Below, piece by piece: positions 38,801 through 53,439 of a stretch of 64,000 nucleotides of DNA. The DNA comes from Laetmonice hystrix (taxonomy: Eukaryota), in assembly GCA_965235115.1 (NCBI GenBank), contig OZ249446.1, forward strand, positions 19,530,001 through 19,594,000. The letters run 5' to 3'. The stretch's first letter is position 1, and every line of letters starts with the position of its first letter. A program made the position numbers and the translations under genes. The notes below the pieces were generated by a model. That model did no database searches, had not been told where the DNA came from, and saw only the letters and a program-made list of their open reading frames with translations.

Positions 38801-41800
38801 AAGGTAAACATTACAAATGGCGCCCGCCATCACAATCAATCCAAGTCTCGGGCCTCGAGATAGCGGGATGTGCGCGCGCATAGCCAATCAAACTCGGCGA
38901 TACTCAGGTAAAACGCATCCGATCCCTGCTTGTTTTGTCTGTATAAACAACGGAGGCAGTCGATGATTGATAAGTCGCTTAAACTTTAATCTCTAGAATA
39001 AGCATCGTCTGCACTTAGGGGAATCACATGAATAGAAATGCGTAATTATACAAACTGCGGCAAACTTGCTTACCTTCGTACCCCCTCCCATTCTGGTTTA
39101 CTCGGTTTGCAAAGCAATAATTGATGTCTATGATAATTTACTTTCCCTATGTGGTAGGTTTGGGAGATCAATGAGAGTGGTCTTATCTTTAGCTGCATGG
39201 GGTGTCTTGTGTCACTGGCCTGGGGGCACGTAGTTATCTCAGGTACTTTATAATGTTACTTGCGCCTCCCACCGCGCTATCAATGGTGTTTAATCAGGGC
39301 TGGGGCGGGAGGAACCAGCGATAGCCTCGACCCGACCACCTAGCGATCATCCCACTAACATGTCGTCTGCTCTTGCCGTGACGTGGCGGGAAAATGGAAG
39401 GACATGTGCGGAGGCACTGCGCTGCAAACGCCTTTCGGGTCATTTTTGAAAAACCGCAGTGCCTGAGATCGATTTGTTCATATTCAATATCAGGAGCGTA
39501 AATTCTTCTAGCAATGGTCTTTTCGATGGGTAAAATAGGCGGATGCGCAATTAAAAGCACGACCTCAATTTCTGTTCAGTCATAAAGAAATATGTATAGG
39601 GCAGTATCTGTCACTTAGGCGCAACTGTCTGGGCATAGAGACGTCATGGGTGTGTTCTGATGGCAGTAAACCGCTAAACTGAATGAGAGATGTCTAAAGC
39701 GGGTATACCCTCTCTCCTATATAGGGTTAACGAAGTCTAATATGGTTTTGAATTGGAAATGGGTAAAATATACCGCGGCGCAGATTCACAGAGAATGGTT
39801 TGCCGAATGGCATAATGATTAGCGCACATTGTCTTGTAAACGGAAGGAATTCCAGGACAGGGGGGGGGGGGGCGCTTTAACAATTTACAATGGTGATGCC
39901 TGAAACGACTGTAAATCTGTGGGGATATCTTTAATGCTTGTGATCAAAGCAGTTTCATTACTGGGCAAGAATGCATGTTCCGTCGAACATGTGACGCCAT
40001 CCCGTTTTGGAATAAAGGTGGGCGATTCTTGTTGACGTATATTAGCATGCTGTCATTCCAGGCAGGATGAGCCCATATCGCAGTGTGTGTCACTTCACTG
40101 ACAGAAAACCTTACACGGCGGCTCATATTTGCCAATCTTTCGTTGCAGATGTAGCACTATTTTGCGGCGTTGGAACTTTAGCATTTCAACGTAATTTAAA
40201 AAAAAGAGAGATATCGAAGATCGCTATTATAATGTTACGTTATATTGTCACGCTATGGTGGATAACTGCCATGTTACGTGATAAAAATCATCAAACAGGC
40301 TATCATAATCATAATGTGATAATACAAGTACCTGAATATCATAGCGCGTTGTGAATAGCGGATTTGGTAAGACTAAGAACCGCTGCTTGCTGCCTGTGAG
40401 AATTTAGCGTATACAATGTCAAGAGCTTGAGGAGAATTTCAGTGCATGGGCAGCAGACCCAGAAATGCTATGGGCAGAACTGTGTAGAGAAGATGTAGTG
40501 TCGCCATGCCCATCAGGACGACACGAAATCACCAGACTAAAGGTCATAGTGGCAAAAGTCACCGCCAGTCGCCAAGAGGGCCATTGACTTCGCATCGTGA
40601 AAAATGGCTTTTCAAAAACTTGCACGACTGCAATTTATCGACCTGTTTTGTTATCTCTTAAAGATTAACCGCTTGTATTCAAGCTGCGGAGGGAAGATAT
40701 GGACATAGTTGCATACATGCAATTGATAAATGATGATTAATAGTAATTTCTTGTATTTATACTCATACCCATATATAGATCATAAGCCATTGCTTCATTT
40801 TTACCTGCTCTGTCGCCAGAAAGCATTGTTTCGTGACTAGAGATTTCTACATTTCCACATGCCTTCCGTAAAATAAGAAGGTTTAAACGTTAATCAATTA
40901 ATCATGATGCCTTTATGCTTCACACACAGTAACTCATGCAGGAATTATTTGACAAAAATGTCCACAGCTGAAGTTCCTGGTGGAAAACTTACCTCTCCTT
41001 ATACGGCGATAATTAGTATGATCTTTTCTATCGTGCGCAAATCGAGGTAACACTTAAAGCATTAGTCATAAAGTCAGACCCAGAAAGAAGATGCAACTAA
41101 TGACGGTGGCTTCATACTTTCCTAAGCAGGACAACCGCGTGTTTTAATAATTTAAACACTGACATTATCAACCAAAGAAGGCGTTAGGGACAATTGCCTG
41201 TGGAAAGTTTAATTTCTACAGATAACAACTGAGGTGATTATGACCGCCTTTCAGCAAGGATGTTAATGTCGTCATTCGCAACATTTAAATCCCATTGCCG
41301 ACTTCGTCCAGGGCCCATTGCTATAGTGAAAAAAACATGGCTGTGTGGCTTTGAACTTAAGCTTGCTTCTAACAAGGGCAATCGTGCCCGAATGCGTCGG
41401 TGTAGCTCGACATCTTCTCCTACATGCAGGCTGCCATAAATCAGATCTCATAGGTGGAACTAAGTAACGCACATTCATATTTCGAAGCCTACAGTTTTAG
41501 AAAAACGGTGTCTCACCGCAAATGGAGACGACCTTTAAAAAAGAACGTTCAAGGACGACTTGGCCCGGGGCCTCTGGCTATTTTAAACTCTTTCCTGGCA
41601 CAAAAGGTTGCTGTTATTCCTGTGTCAGTCTTTTGATGCATGCTTCTGACCAAACGTTCATCACAGACTGAAGACAAACTATTGTTAGGAGGTGGCGTCA
41701 CAAACAAAAGCTTGTCGTTCGAGTGTCGCTAGCTCGAGCGAGTGTCGTCGAGTAGGCAGCCACGCTTTCTCCATTTTTATTCTAAATGCACAACAAATGT

Positions 41801-42003
41801 TAACACTGTTGACGGAAGCCATAAATTTACATCATGGCGTTTCCCTTGGGCACGGTGGGTCGCCATTTTCTGACACGTGAGTGCAAATGTAATTGGGTAT
41901 CAGGCTTAGTATTATTCTAATGACGTCTGTGGCCCAAAGAACGACGTCTTGTGCTAAAGACGATTCACAAACAAAAAAAGTACATTCCATAGTTAATCTT
42001 TAA

Positions 42004-42534
42004 AGGGGCATGCTATGAAACACGTTTTTTTAGATTTCCGGCAATTATCCAACATGATCGTGTACTAGGGATCCAAGTAAATAATCCTACCACAGCATTT
42101 TGTCCTCCGACGTGTTTTCGCTGCGTATGCAGCACAAGTAGATTCTATACGACCAAACCTATAGATTTCTCCCGATAGCACATCTCCCGCCATAATTTGC
42201 TATAGACAACCTCCCATCAACCCATGTAATTGCATACTGTGTCACATCCTGCGTGTGCACTCTCTGCATGTGATTAGTCACGTTCTTCGTTTAGTTGTAA
42301 ACAATTCAGCAGTTGCACTCGATCGTCCGGCATCAGAATGCCACCCAAAAAATATTTTACGAAATCGGCAGAAAAGCGGGCAAGGGAGCTTCATAAACTT
42401 CGATTTCTGACACAAAATGAAACTGATAACTGATGTCTTTGTTTACCAAGCAATATTAATGAAGGATCTCTTGATGAAAACAGCAAAAGTTCTTTGAAAT
42501 ACCGATTTTTCACGTTTCCTCATAATATGCCCCT
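42004..42534. mobile_element. Kolobok-like non-autonomous DNA transposon, 531 bp
   Basis: TTAA duplication (42000-42003 and 42535-42538); termini AGGGGCATGCTATGA / TCATAATATGCCCCT (imperfect 15-bp TIR beginning with purines, as in Kolobok). Confidence 0.75.
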
Positions 42535-42957
42535 TTAACACAAAAAACGTAGTGGACATAGCCTCAAGCACCGATCAATAATTGTGGACGATTTCATCCT
42601 CATTTGCTCCTTCCTATTTCCTAACCGAATTATTTGTAGACTATAATAAGAACCGGCATAACTTGTAAAAGAACCATGCTTTTGGTGAATGTGTAACATA
42701 CAAAGTCAACCAGATTATATCTCAGCCACACTATATGCACTATACACTTTGAAATCAGCCTTATATTATCTGGACTATGTTATCTTATGTGATGTGATCT
42801 GAATAATCTGTCATTTGTGACACATTCTTATGTGTGTTTAAATGTACGGTTTGCTGTTAAAAAAGTTTTCTATATATCGAGTCCGATCCCCGGTGAGATT
42901 TCATCGCGCAGCATTTCTGCGTCTTGAAAAGAACGGACAAGTCATGTGACGATGACG

Positions 42958-42972
42958 CCGCTAGGTGGCGCT
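42958..42972 (+). promoter_or_regulatory. CTCF core motif
   Basis: CCGCTAGGTGGCGCT, a close match to the bilaterian CTCF consensus. Confidence 0.45.
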
Positions 42973-43600
42973 GTGGTTACGTGAGCGTCGAGGAGAATGA
43001 GAGAGAATGTGGACAGATTTCTGCCATCACCGGGAGGCCAGAGCCACGTTCAATAAGCAAAACGATCGTTAACGTTTTGACTGTTTGCCTATTGAACGAT
43101 ACGTTCGCCGCAAACGTTTCGTAACAGAGAGACCAAGATGGCCAAGTGGTAAGGCTATGGACCATTCTACAGGCCTTTTTATGCATAAATAAATGACTCT
43201 TTGATGAGGAGAACGAAAGGGCAAAATAAAGGAGACCTGTTGTTTCACTTCTTTTACACTACAGTCTGCATGATCGGCACCAGTATTTGTCCCGATTTCA
43301 AGCAAGGTTGGACTGTCACTTAGTTCCAAGATCATTTTCCCTAAACTCGTCTAGGAGCATAGCTCTCACGGCGTCCTCTTTGGTTGCCATCATTGAACCG
43401 TTTCCAGCGAGCGGTTCGTTCAACACTGTCCTAAAACTCTCTCGCAGAACGTCACGCACCGGTTCGCCTTACTGAACGCGTCTCTGGGTTTGAACTCCGG
43501 GAGGGGAAGGCGAGGACCGGTAGACGGTCTCTCAGACGTGCAATTAACACCCGAGTGATGTGTTATTAGTATTGCGTACCGGGTACCAAAATAATAATAC

Positions 43601-43635
43601 ACATAGATAGGGGTACTTTTCTCTCTCTCTCTCTG

Positions 43636-43701
<66 letters not shown>

Positions 43702-43710
43702 CTCTCTCAT
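43601..43710 (+). repeat. (CT)n microsatellite with a 5' flank shared with the 59.1-kb locus
   Basis: acatagataggggtactttt followed by about 90 nt of (CT)n. Confidence 0.9.
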
Positions 43711-46232
43711 CTCCTATGCACTGATGGTCTGTATGCCATCGTCAAACGAGTAACCACTATTATATCTCCGATGGATCTATGTTTTTCTCCTCTGCTGAAG
43801 CAGCTGTCGTACTCACACAGCCAGGTCTTTGAACAGACATAGATATCATCCCATTCTATCGTGGCATACCTTGCTGTCGGATATATAGAAATCGTTGATT
43901 ATAAACACTCCTAGATGGCTGGTTGAGTGACGTGCGGGTAATTGCAAAAATCCATATATCAGTGGAGACAACCCTTAGAAGATTATCTTGATGGGGGGGG
44001 GGGGGGGGGGGCTCATCTCTGATGGACTGCTGGTCGCTTATGTCGCCAGTTGAGGTTGCGGGTTCGGGCTGGAGCGGGTGATCTTAGCCGCTTATAGAAC
44101 TTGCCAATGTCGGATCTAAATATGGATCAGAGTCGTTAACGGTTGTTGTCAGGATCAACGAGGTATGGTATTTCTATTGGAAGAAAAGATGGTCGAGCCA
44201 GATACTCGGACCAGAAATCTTCTTTCTTAAATCGCTTCATCGTAAACAACGCACGAACACACAGGTTAAAATCATCTGCTTCATGACACCTGCCCATCTG
44301 AAAATGTCTACTGCCTACAGATTTCTCGTAAAAATGATATATATGCCTAAAGGACCATTGGTATTTGTCCCTAGACTCATTGCTCACTATATCAAACCTC
44401 CCTTTATGCCAAAGAACAACCTCTCCAAAATAGTGCCCATAACACTGTAGCATAAGCCCCAGGAACATACCCTTAGGTAGGAGTCAGCTTCAGGAGTTGC
44501 CCCAGGCAAAGGATTAGTCGGGGTAACTTACTCGAATGTTTTTATCTTAAAGGCGCCTCTTAAAGCGGTGCCCGAAATACAAGATGCCCGATCCTCGACA
44601 TTAACGACAACCAATGGTTTCCCGCTGGCTGTATTGGTTGCGAATTGACTTATTCCACAGATCCCACAAACAAAATAGCCTGGGGAAGGTATACACTGCC
44701 CTCTTCCCTTCTCTCCTCTCATTCCGATCTCTCCCATTGATAATCCACCCACCCAGAGAGTCTCTCGTATTTTGTCTCTATTGGCGCCTTGGGGCGCGGC
44801 TGGAAAAGCGCTTCCAACAAGAGGTGCTGACCCCGGCCGTTCTGGAGAGAACCCACATGGCCGTATCCAGGAAGGATCCACACGGTTCACCGGTCGATTG
44901 ATCGGCCGTGAAGGCTTCACCTGGTGGCCACCTGTGTCTGTCCGCACAACGCTGGTCGGGCCAGGACAACCTCTTACCCACATAACCTTTTATATCATAC
45001 AAAAAAATAGCCGGCTCACCTTGTGGGAACTGCAGGAAGGCCGAGTTGGCACAACACACCAAGAGCAGGAATGATCGGCTCCACCACAATCCGAATGACC
45101 AGCGACTCGGCAACATTCCAAGCATACTGAGTTCCTGTTGTGGACAGCCCAATGTTCGAGCAAGATCCTTCCGGAGGTTCCTTAAAGTTACTTGTAGTAA
45201 ACAAGCTCCATCACCTTGCGCCTGGCGGGTTCCGAATCTCAAGTCGAAGTAAGGCCAAAACCAAAACAGGAAATAGGGCTTTCGTAAATAAATAAATAAA
45301 TAAATATGTTAAAACGTATAAGTAAAATACGTTTAAAAAATGATACACTCCCTCCAAAATAGTTATTGATTGTGCAACTAGGTACTTGGTTGTATTGTTA
45401 TATAGTATATATCAATAGTGTTCACAAAGCGTGGATGTTGTTCAATGCCCAGATGTATCTCAGGTAGGTCCTCTTCATCATCATGCCGTATCTCCGTTCT
45501 CACAGTAACACAACTAAAGTCCTGGCCATCCACGGTATATGTATACGTCCCTTAGGAAATCATGTGCCGCCACTCCAGGCATCCCACAGCTGAAGACTTG
45601 TATGGGTGAACGAATGAGTGAATGAATGAATGAACCTGTAAAATGTTGTGGCTATACTTAGGAACGCGCAAACCTTCCATCCATCCTTCAAGCCTGTCTT
45701 ACTACGTCTCGTGCAGTTTACAATCAATGCCACTGGTCCCAATCTACACTCTCAACAACCTTACGTTCGTCTAGTGTGCTTGTCCGGTTGGTTAAGTGCA
45801 GTCCGTGGATGTTAAATCACTCGACTGCCAGGCTCCCAGCTCCACTAGCCTTGACAGGATGACTGAGGAGGGCAACATGACATATACGCTGCTCACAGTC
45901 CAGGTAGGTTGCAGACTATCCGTTGCCCTCCTTCGTTACCAAGCATCATCCGCTAGGGATTTGAGTCGCCGTCAGCGCGTATAACTGCGTCGCATAACAA
46001 TGAAGCCTCGGCCGGGGTTTTAGGAGCAGGCAAAGAACTTGGAAGAAGTCACGTGTGTTTTGTCTCTCAAGCCGAGGCGGCTGTCCCGGCGACTGGAGCC
46101 GCAAGCGAGAGGCAAAGCGGCGCGATTTGGCACAGGAGGCAGTCGCTGCCACTCTGGCTTTAACGTGGGCCGGCGCTGGGCTTTTGCCGCTTCAACACGG
46201 GCTTGCTTGTTGTTCGACTACAGTAGCCTCTG

Positions 46233-46233
<1 letters not shown>

Positions 46234-46293
<60 letters not shown>
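46234..46293 (+). repeat. (CTG)20 trinucleotide repeat in a GC-rich segment
   Basis: 20 uninterrupted CTG followed by CCG CCG CTG CTG. Confidence 0.95.
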
Positions 46294-46295
<2 letters not shown>

Positions 46296-49200
46296 GCCGC
46301 TGCTGTTGTAGATCTGCTGTCTCCCACCTAACTCGACATGACGATCTCAGCCTCTCCCGTTGATCGATTCCACCACGTCGAACCTAGATACCTGCCCGTT
46401 TTCATGCGCGCAGACACAGTACCTCATTGTTCTTTCATGTCGCCTATTACAGCACCAAACATAATCTCATCGCTAACAGAATGCAGACTGCAGACTCGTT
46501 TTTCAATTCTCAACTCGACTCTTGGACTGCCACACTGGCAGTGAGTCTGGAGGAGGGGGGGGGGGGGGGGCTGGGAGATCGGGCGACTGTAAAGTCTTTG
46601 GGTCATTTTCTGCTCGCTGCCACCTGGGGGATGTCAGTCGACGTACCGTGTCGGCCAAGTCGTTTCGTTTCGTTAGTCCTCCCCCTAGGAGCTCCCTCCC
46701 ACCCAGCCTATACCTACTGATAACTTAAAGGGATAAGTATGTAACAACAGACCCTGAAACAAAGAAAGTCAAATTGATCCAATGGGCCGATCCCCAGGTT
46801 TGAGTCTTATTCTCCATATACGTTTTCCTCACTTGATTCCAGGTGCGCTCCCTTTTCGGCCGACACCCTTCCTGTTGTCTTTCAGACCACCTTTTTAGAA
46901 TCCTGGATCGGTGAGTGCAGACCTCATGTAAAACGTATAAATGGTTGGTCTAGTAACGACCGCAAATATATAGAGAAAACGGAGTATCTAATATAATTTT
47001 GGTTATATAAAAAAGTAAACACGTACGTACTGTACAACTACACTGGCTATGTTTGTATTCACCACTTTGAAGTAAGAAACAGATATGTACTCTCAGAACT
47101 TTTAATAACGATAATTCCAACGCAATCATTATCATAATACGATGGACATGGCAGTTGCATTTTTGGCTGGTTGATATACTTTATATATGTCTCTTTAACT
47201 TAATTCCACTGGACGGATATTTGACGTGAAAATAATACATCCACGTCTCTCTCATTTTCTAGTCCCCCCATCCCCTATATAAATACACGTCTCTCTCATT
47301 TTCTAGTCCCCCCCTCCCATCCCATATATAAATACAACCCAGAAATCCCAACCATTATATAAAAGGAACGCCGGCGTCGCACCTTACATACGTACGTCGG
47401 CTTGGACGTCGGATGTAAGTCGTCTGAAGCAATTGTATATACACGTCTCTGTTACCTGGAACGCCGCACATCGAAGCAGACGACAGGGCAATCAGAAATT
47501 CCCACGCTCCTCACCTCCTCATTAGTATCACGTGGTACGCCTCCGACGTCAAGGATACTCTAGATTAATGAGGTGCGCTTCCTTTTATTTTTTTAGGCTG
47601 CTTCATATCTAGCTGCTTTAGCCTCGAGGGTAAGACTAGCTGGAGGATGCTGTCATAAATCAAACGAAATACACTATTCTTTTCAATTCACGTGTCCATG
47701 CGTTATACATAATTGGATTAATACAAGTTTGTGTCCTGGAGGCAGCGTAGGGTCTACGCCGTGCTGCGCAGCCCGGCGTGGATTATCCATCATCTAGCCA
47801 GTAAATGCAAAGTGAGAAAAATAAAAATCGTCACATAGCCATGAATGTTGATATCTTGGATTACGGTCTGAAAGAACGACTGCTACATACATTTGGTGAA
47901 CGTTCAGAGCGAACAAACACTCAGGTATTGATAAGAACGATTCGCTGATGCTCCCGAGAAAGATATAAGAGGATTTCGACGCCATTTCGGTTCTAGATGA
48001 TAGGGGTAGACCATCAACATGAGCCTGAATAAGGCGCAGGCTTGTCACTGTGCGACACTATCCCTACGAATAGGTTTCAGATGCTTATGAAACGCCGACA
48101 GTGATAGGCTTATTACTGTCTTGTGCCTCTAATCTGACCTAATTCGGCAAATCGCACGGCCCCCTTTCTTCTAAAGCGATAAATGGCGCTTTTTACCAGG
48201 ATTAGCAAGAGGGAGCTGCAAGTAGTGGAGGCTTCCCTACTTCTGACAGACAGGGACTTGAAAATTAAAACTACTTTACGTCGTTGTAATGAGAATTCAG
48301 TTTGAAGTAATACTACATCTTGTCGAGCTACCTTGGGGACATAAATGCTATAGAACGTGGAGCTCCTCTTCGCAACTGTCCGGCGGTGATGGTCCCCACA
48401 TGGGCGACAAAGAAAGAGAGAAAGAGAGTGAGAGAGAGAGAGAGAGAATTGTCGCTTTGTCTCGTAGGCAGTAAGAGTCAGCAGTAAAACGCTCGTTTTT
48501 GTCTTGTCTCCGTCGCTATCCTGGCACTCGTTCATTGCAGCCCGGCCCTCTTATCAGAGTTGTCGGATCGCCCACGGGTGTCTTGGTCTCCTGAGCGTTT
48601 GCTGCCCATATCTGGATTCGTCGGCTTTGCCCGTGCAGTCGGGCTCGACCATCCCCGCAGACATCGTCCATATGCATCATATTTGCGTCGTCTGTCTCTT
48701 GCCCAGGGAGAAGATATGCCCAGTGCTTCTGAAAAATGACTTCAGCTTGACGTGTTCAGGCCAAACGACGGCACAGAAATCGGTCACATACGACATATGG
48801 AGAAGGCAGTGGTCTTAAAACTGGAGGGTCTATTATTGATCAACGTTCTACTCCTCTTCCTCATGCCTAATGTCCAGAAAAGTAATTTCCGATTGCCTTT
48901 GTTTGTTTGCAAATGAATGATACAGGGGGAGTCGCGTGGAAATGTTTGACAGAATATGAGTTCAGCGATGGACCTTCTCTATTTTGGTTCTCGTGCTTGT
49001 TCGGCGTTGCGGGTGGCTGACAATTTTAGATGGTTCTTTCCGTTATGCAGTACGAGTTATTATGCTGCCAGCTTTAACCTTGACGGTCGATCAATCTAAG
49101 ACATTTCTCTTCGGTAGTTCAAAAGATTCTTCTTGGAAGGTAACGCCGTCTATGGCAGACCTGCCAGACGGCCTCCGCGTTCTTGATTGACCCCGCGGCG

Positions 49201-52200
49201 ACTGCAGGCCCGCCTGGAGTGACCACAAAAGACAAATTATGTCCTGTTTGGAAACGGAAGGGACTGCAGCTGATAAAGCCGGCAGCGCGCGGGTCTTTCT
49301 CTACTTTGGACAGTAACCATCAACTTCCACCTTCCTAATATGAAGGTTACAGGAAGTAACAAAAACCCTTTGTCTTATCCCCCTCTGGGCAACGGAAATA
49401 CCACAAGGTCTTGGAATCCTTCGACGGCTTTGTGGTGGGCAGCACTTGGGTTCAACTTTGTCACGGGCGTCACATAATAACCCCCACTCAATGGCCTGTA
49501 CAATAATACAAATGGCAGGTCCCTCTTTCAAAACATGCATGGAAGAAAACTGCACCTAATGGAACGGAGCTCACCCGCCAAACAAAGGCATGAGCTTCTC
49601 AAAGTCACTGACTGCTAGTGATTATCGACAACAAAGTACAAACGTAACGTAACTGTATCCTACGATGTATGGATATATAGGGACTGTTATCAATTGAAAT
49701 GTATTTTCAAACGCAAGGTTGGCTACGTTTTCGCGCATCTAATGCATAAAATATGGGGAGGCTGCCCATGATATTACATGCATGTCAATGCAGGTTGGGG
49801 TTGATAGAAGCTGAAAGTTTGCCTTCAGGCTCTTGCAAAGTGCATCCGCACAGAAAACACAACAACGATAAACGTGTCGTTTCAGCTACAGTTGCTGCAG
49901 TGTCATCGATAAAGCTCCAAAGCGCAATTCTTTGGTATTGGCATTCTAACAGCACATTGACATTGGGTACAATTTAGCTCGGTCGTCGGCAGATGAAATG
50001 ATAGATGAGACAAATTGGAAAACGAATATCTGCATGACTGTGAATGTCGAAGCTTGGTGGACACAAATAGGATCGAAACCGCTTGCCGATTTCACTGATC
50101 ATGTTTAAATCGGTTCAAAATAAATTCGTGTCCCTATCTTCGTTTGATCTGTCACGGAGGCAAGTTCGCTATCAATATCGGTTAAGGTCTATTTCTCGAA
50201 GTTTGTTTTCGTTTCTTTTCTTTTCTGAAAAATCGAGTCACTACAGATCTTCAGAACAAGTGGAAGCATGCACATAACGCAAGAGTGTGCTTTATTTTGT
50301 ATTTACCAAAACAAAACAGGGGAACCCTTTACACAGCTGATAACGGTACAAAGTACATGTACTCGACGAAACTTTTTCGCGTTGCATTTTTTAAATTGAT
50401 TAGATGGGGCTGTATAATTACACGAAGACTTTCATTCAGCCATTGAAAAAAAAAAACGTTGTAAAAATATTCCACCTGCGTGTCGCCCTTCGACGGTCGT
50501 TCATTTCATCAGCACAAGTAGGTAACAGGCCAGATCGATTTGTGCCATCTAGATTCCTGTACGATGTTCTGCGATATCTGGCCATTGGTCCTAACCCTGA
50601 ACTCCCCCGCCGCACCCCCATTTCCCCTGCCCGAATGACAATATCTGGTCACCGGTCCTAACCATGCCCCCCCCCTGCCGCACCCTGCCCCCCACCCCCG
50701 CCCCCCCACCCCCCATGATGGGCCCAGATCGCCCAGGTCAACTCAACTCGGTGTGCGCGGATCGATCTCAGACATTTCCGGTTTTTGAAACAACCGTCTC
50801 GACATCCGTGCAGGTTGCAAAATTGGGCCAATTGGTAGAGACCTTTGCCCTTATAAACTGACCTCCAAGTGGACGATTGGTCCATATACCGTACCTTTAC
50901 CACTCGTTCCTTATTCTTTATCTGCTTACTGAGAACTCTCCGATCATTAGAAGAAGGACTGTTGACTATAGACCGATAGATGTCCTGTTTCCCGTTATAT
51001 AGGAAATCGCTCTTTTATGGCCTAGCAGCGATAACCCCATTACTTAGTCATATCCATCGACTTCCTGGACGGCAAATAGAAGGGGCCCTTTGGCCGGCCG
51101 AGACGCTGAACCAAGAGGGGGTTGAATACTCGTCAATATGCTTTACGAGAGGCGGCATTAGTACAGTAGCCTGTTCGGGTATTTCGTCGATGAAACAGGT
51201 TGAAACCTTTACTACCGAATCTGTATTTATAGCACATCTAGAAATCCTTTGTTGACTCAGACTCCCGGTTTAATGTCACTGCCATTTTTCCAGGGGACGC
51301 GGGAAGGCCGCGATCGGGAGCATGATGAATTGTTTGTGGGCAAACGTTAACTCGACCAAGTCATGTATAAAATGTTGGAAGGCTAAAGCCGTATCTCCGT
51401 GAGAGACTGCATGGCCCTCTAGGGCATCATGACAAGATCTCCGCGACATAACGACTTCGGCTTCTCGAATGGAAAAGACTACCGTAAATGTCAATCGGAA
51501 ATACTTGGGCGTTTACTTAAAATACGGTTGGTAACAGGTAAAAGGTATAAAAACGGATGAAATAATAGTCGCTTGTCTATGTACGTTCAGCGCCTGCTCG
51601 ATGCTCAAGCCAACGCTGATCCGAGATTGTTTGTCTCGTCTGCCATTTCGTTGACGTCACGGTCAGTTCGGGTCTTTGCAATTGGCGACCTACTCTTTTA
51701 CTGGAACGCGAAGAAACGACAGTGAATTTAATGACGATCTATTCATAGTTACAGCCGAGCAAGGACATGGAAATTCTAATCAAAAACAATGATTGTGTTT
51801 CACGAAAAAAAAGGAAGAAAAAAAAAATTGACATGTCAGTCGTGATTCCACTTTGAGTAGTTTTTTCATCCTCCAAAACTTGACCCTTTGTTCCGATTCG
51901 GTTTGCGGCAAGCAGAGCTGGAAAATAGGTTTCCACTTATGATCAAGTCTTCACAATAACCGTGCATGTGGGCATTGTATGAGCCACACGAGCAGCAAAT
52001 TCGGCGCGTCATCCCCCCACGTCATTTACTCAATCAAATGACATACGGAATTACTGGTTCTCTTGGGGTCCTCGACCGCCTCAATGTGGCGCTGTCACTG
52101 AAATCATAGGAGCTATCCTTGCCGTTCTCTATAGAAAAAAAACCAATGGCTTTTGTTGACCTCGCTGGTGCAGCCTTGCTTCTACTACGCTCGTCACAGA

Positions 52201-53439
52201 AGCATTAACGGTTCATTCGCGATGCTTTGTTGCGTCTTCATAAATATATTCGCCATCGACTCCTTGACTATTTCATGCGACATCCGGAGCGACCTCTCGG
52301 CTTCTCAATTACCCCAGCGTCTTTGACAAGGTTGGCGTATTATCGGAGGCAAAACGCAGCTCAACCACTTGAGCTGAAACAGCAGACATGTCAACGTCGA
52401 GAATCGCAGCCGTGCATGAGTTTCAGTAGGCGTCGGTCTTGCCCTTTTTTTCTCTCTGTCTTCCTCTCTCTTTTTTTCACCTACTGTGGCTGGAAATCTT
52501 TGACATTTCGTACGGTATGAGGTATTAACATGGTTACTAGATCAGCACTCGCCACAGGAGGCCAGGGTCATTAGAATTGGAGCTGGTTTGGTCTCATTGG
52601 CTTCATTTTCATGGAGTGTTGCAGAAGAAATCTGGGCTGATCTCAGCGTTATAACATAACGGTTAAAACCATAGACACGGTCTTGTCGGCCTGCTGGATG
52701 GACAGTACATACGATTCCTTGAGGCATACACTCTTATTAAATTGCTCCCCGATGATCAACCTCACTTGCGCCATGCCTTGGGGCTTCGCTGTCTGACCTT
52801 AGCCCAAAATGAGACACTCTTGAAAGCGTGCTTCAGCAGGTGTCTTTGTTGTAACCTCTTTTAATACACAGAGGCTGAAAGCAATCAGGTAAAGTTGACT
52901 CTATAAAAACGCCACACTTTAATCTGATCAGAAGCCCAAAGAAAGGCAGTCAGAGTTATAAGTATTCAGATTCGAAGTTGCCGTCGCGTTGTGCTATTTA
53001 TACGTCGCACGTCTAGAATGTCATGCGCGCTTCGAAGAAGGTGGACTGGAGAGGGATTAGCTCAACTGGCTGGGATGGCTCTGTGTTGAGTGAATATAGG
53101 AGGAAAAGAAGGAAGTCCTTGCAAGGTGTGGAATATCAGAGGGTGGTGGTAGATGACGTTGGGGGCTGGCGCCAAGGTCATAACTCGCGGGCAGTGTCAG
53201 ACCGCCCGATGAGAGGTACAAAGAACGAGAGGTCACCGGCGACCTATTGGACGAGGCGGCACCGAGGGTCCGCTAGGGACATCAGGGGTCATCCTCGTAC
53301 AGGGAGGGTATATGTTTGCATGCGGCGTCTGGTGAGCTGGTCACATAAATGTATTTGAAGAGTGAGTGAGCGAATTAAGTGTTCCCCGCCCTGTCGCCAG
53401 TATTTTAGCCATATTCAGGGCGATTGGAACTATTTAATT

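Noticed and set aside
39294-39560. RT domain-2-like segment (EKTIARRI...HCGFSK)
   Set aside because: Similarity is too weak, with no adjoining RT motifs.
43069-43335. SAM-methyltransferase motif (LLEIGTNTG)
   Set aside because: A single short motif without downstream fold motifs or clear exon boundaries.
46039-46363. PolyL/polyC/polyQ ORFs around (CTG)20 as coding
   Set aside because: Flanking translations are not protein-like, and the minus-strand polyQ frame stops shortly after the repeat.
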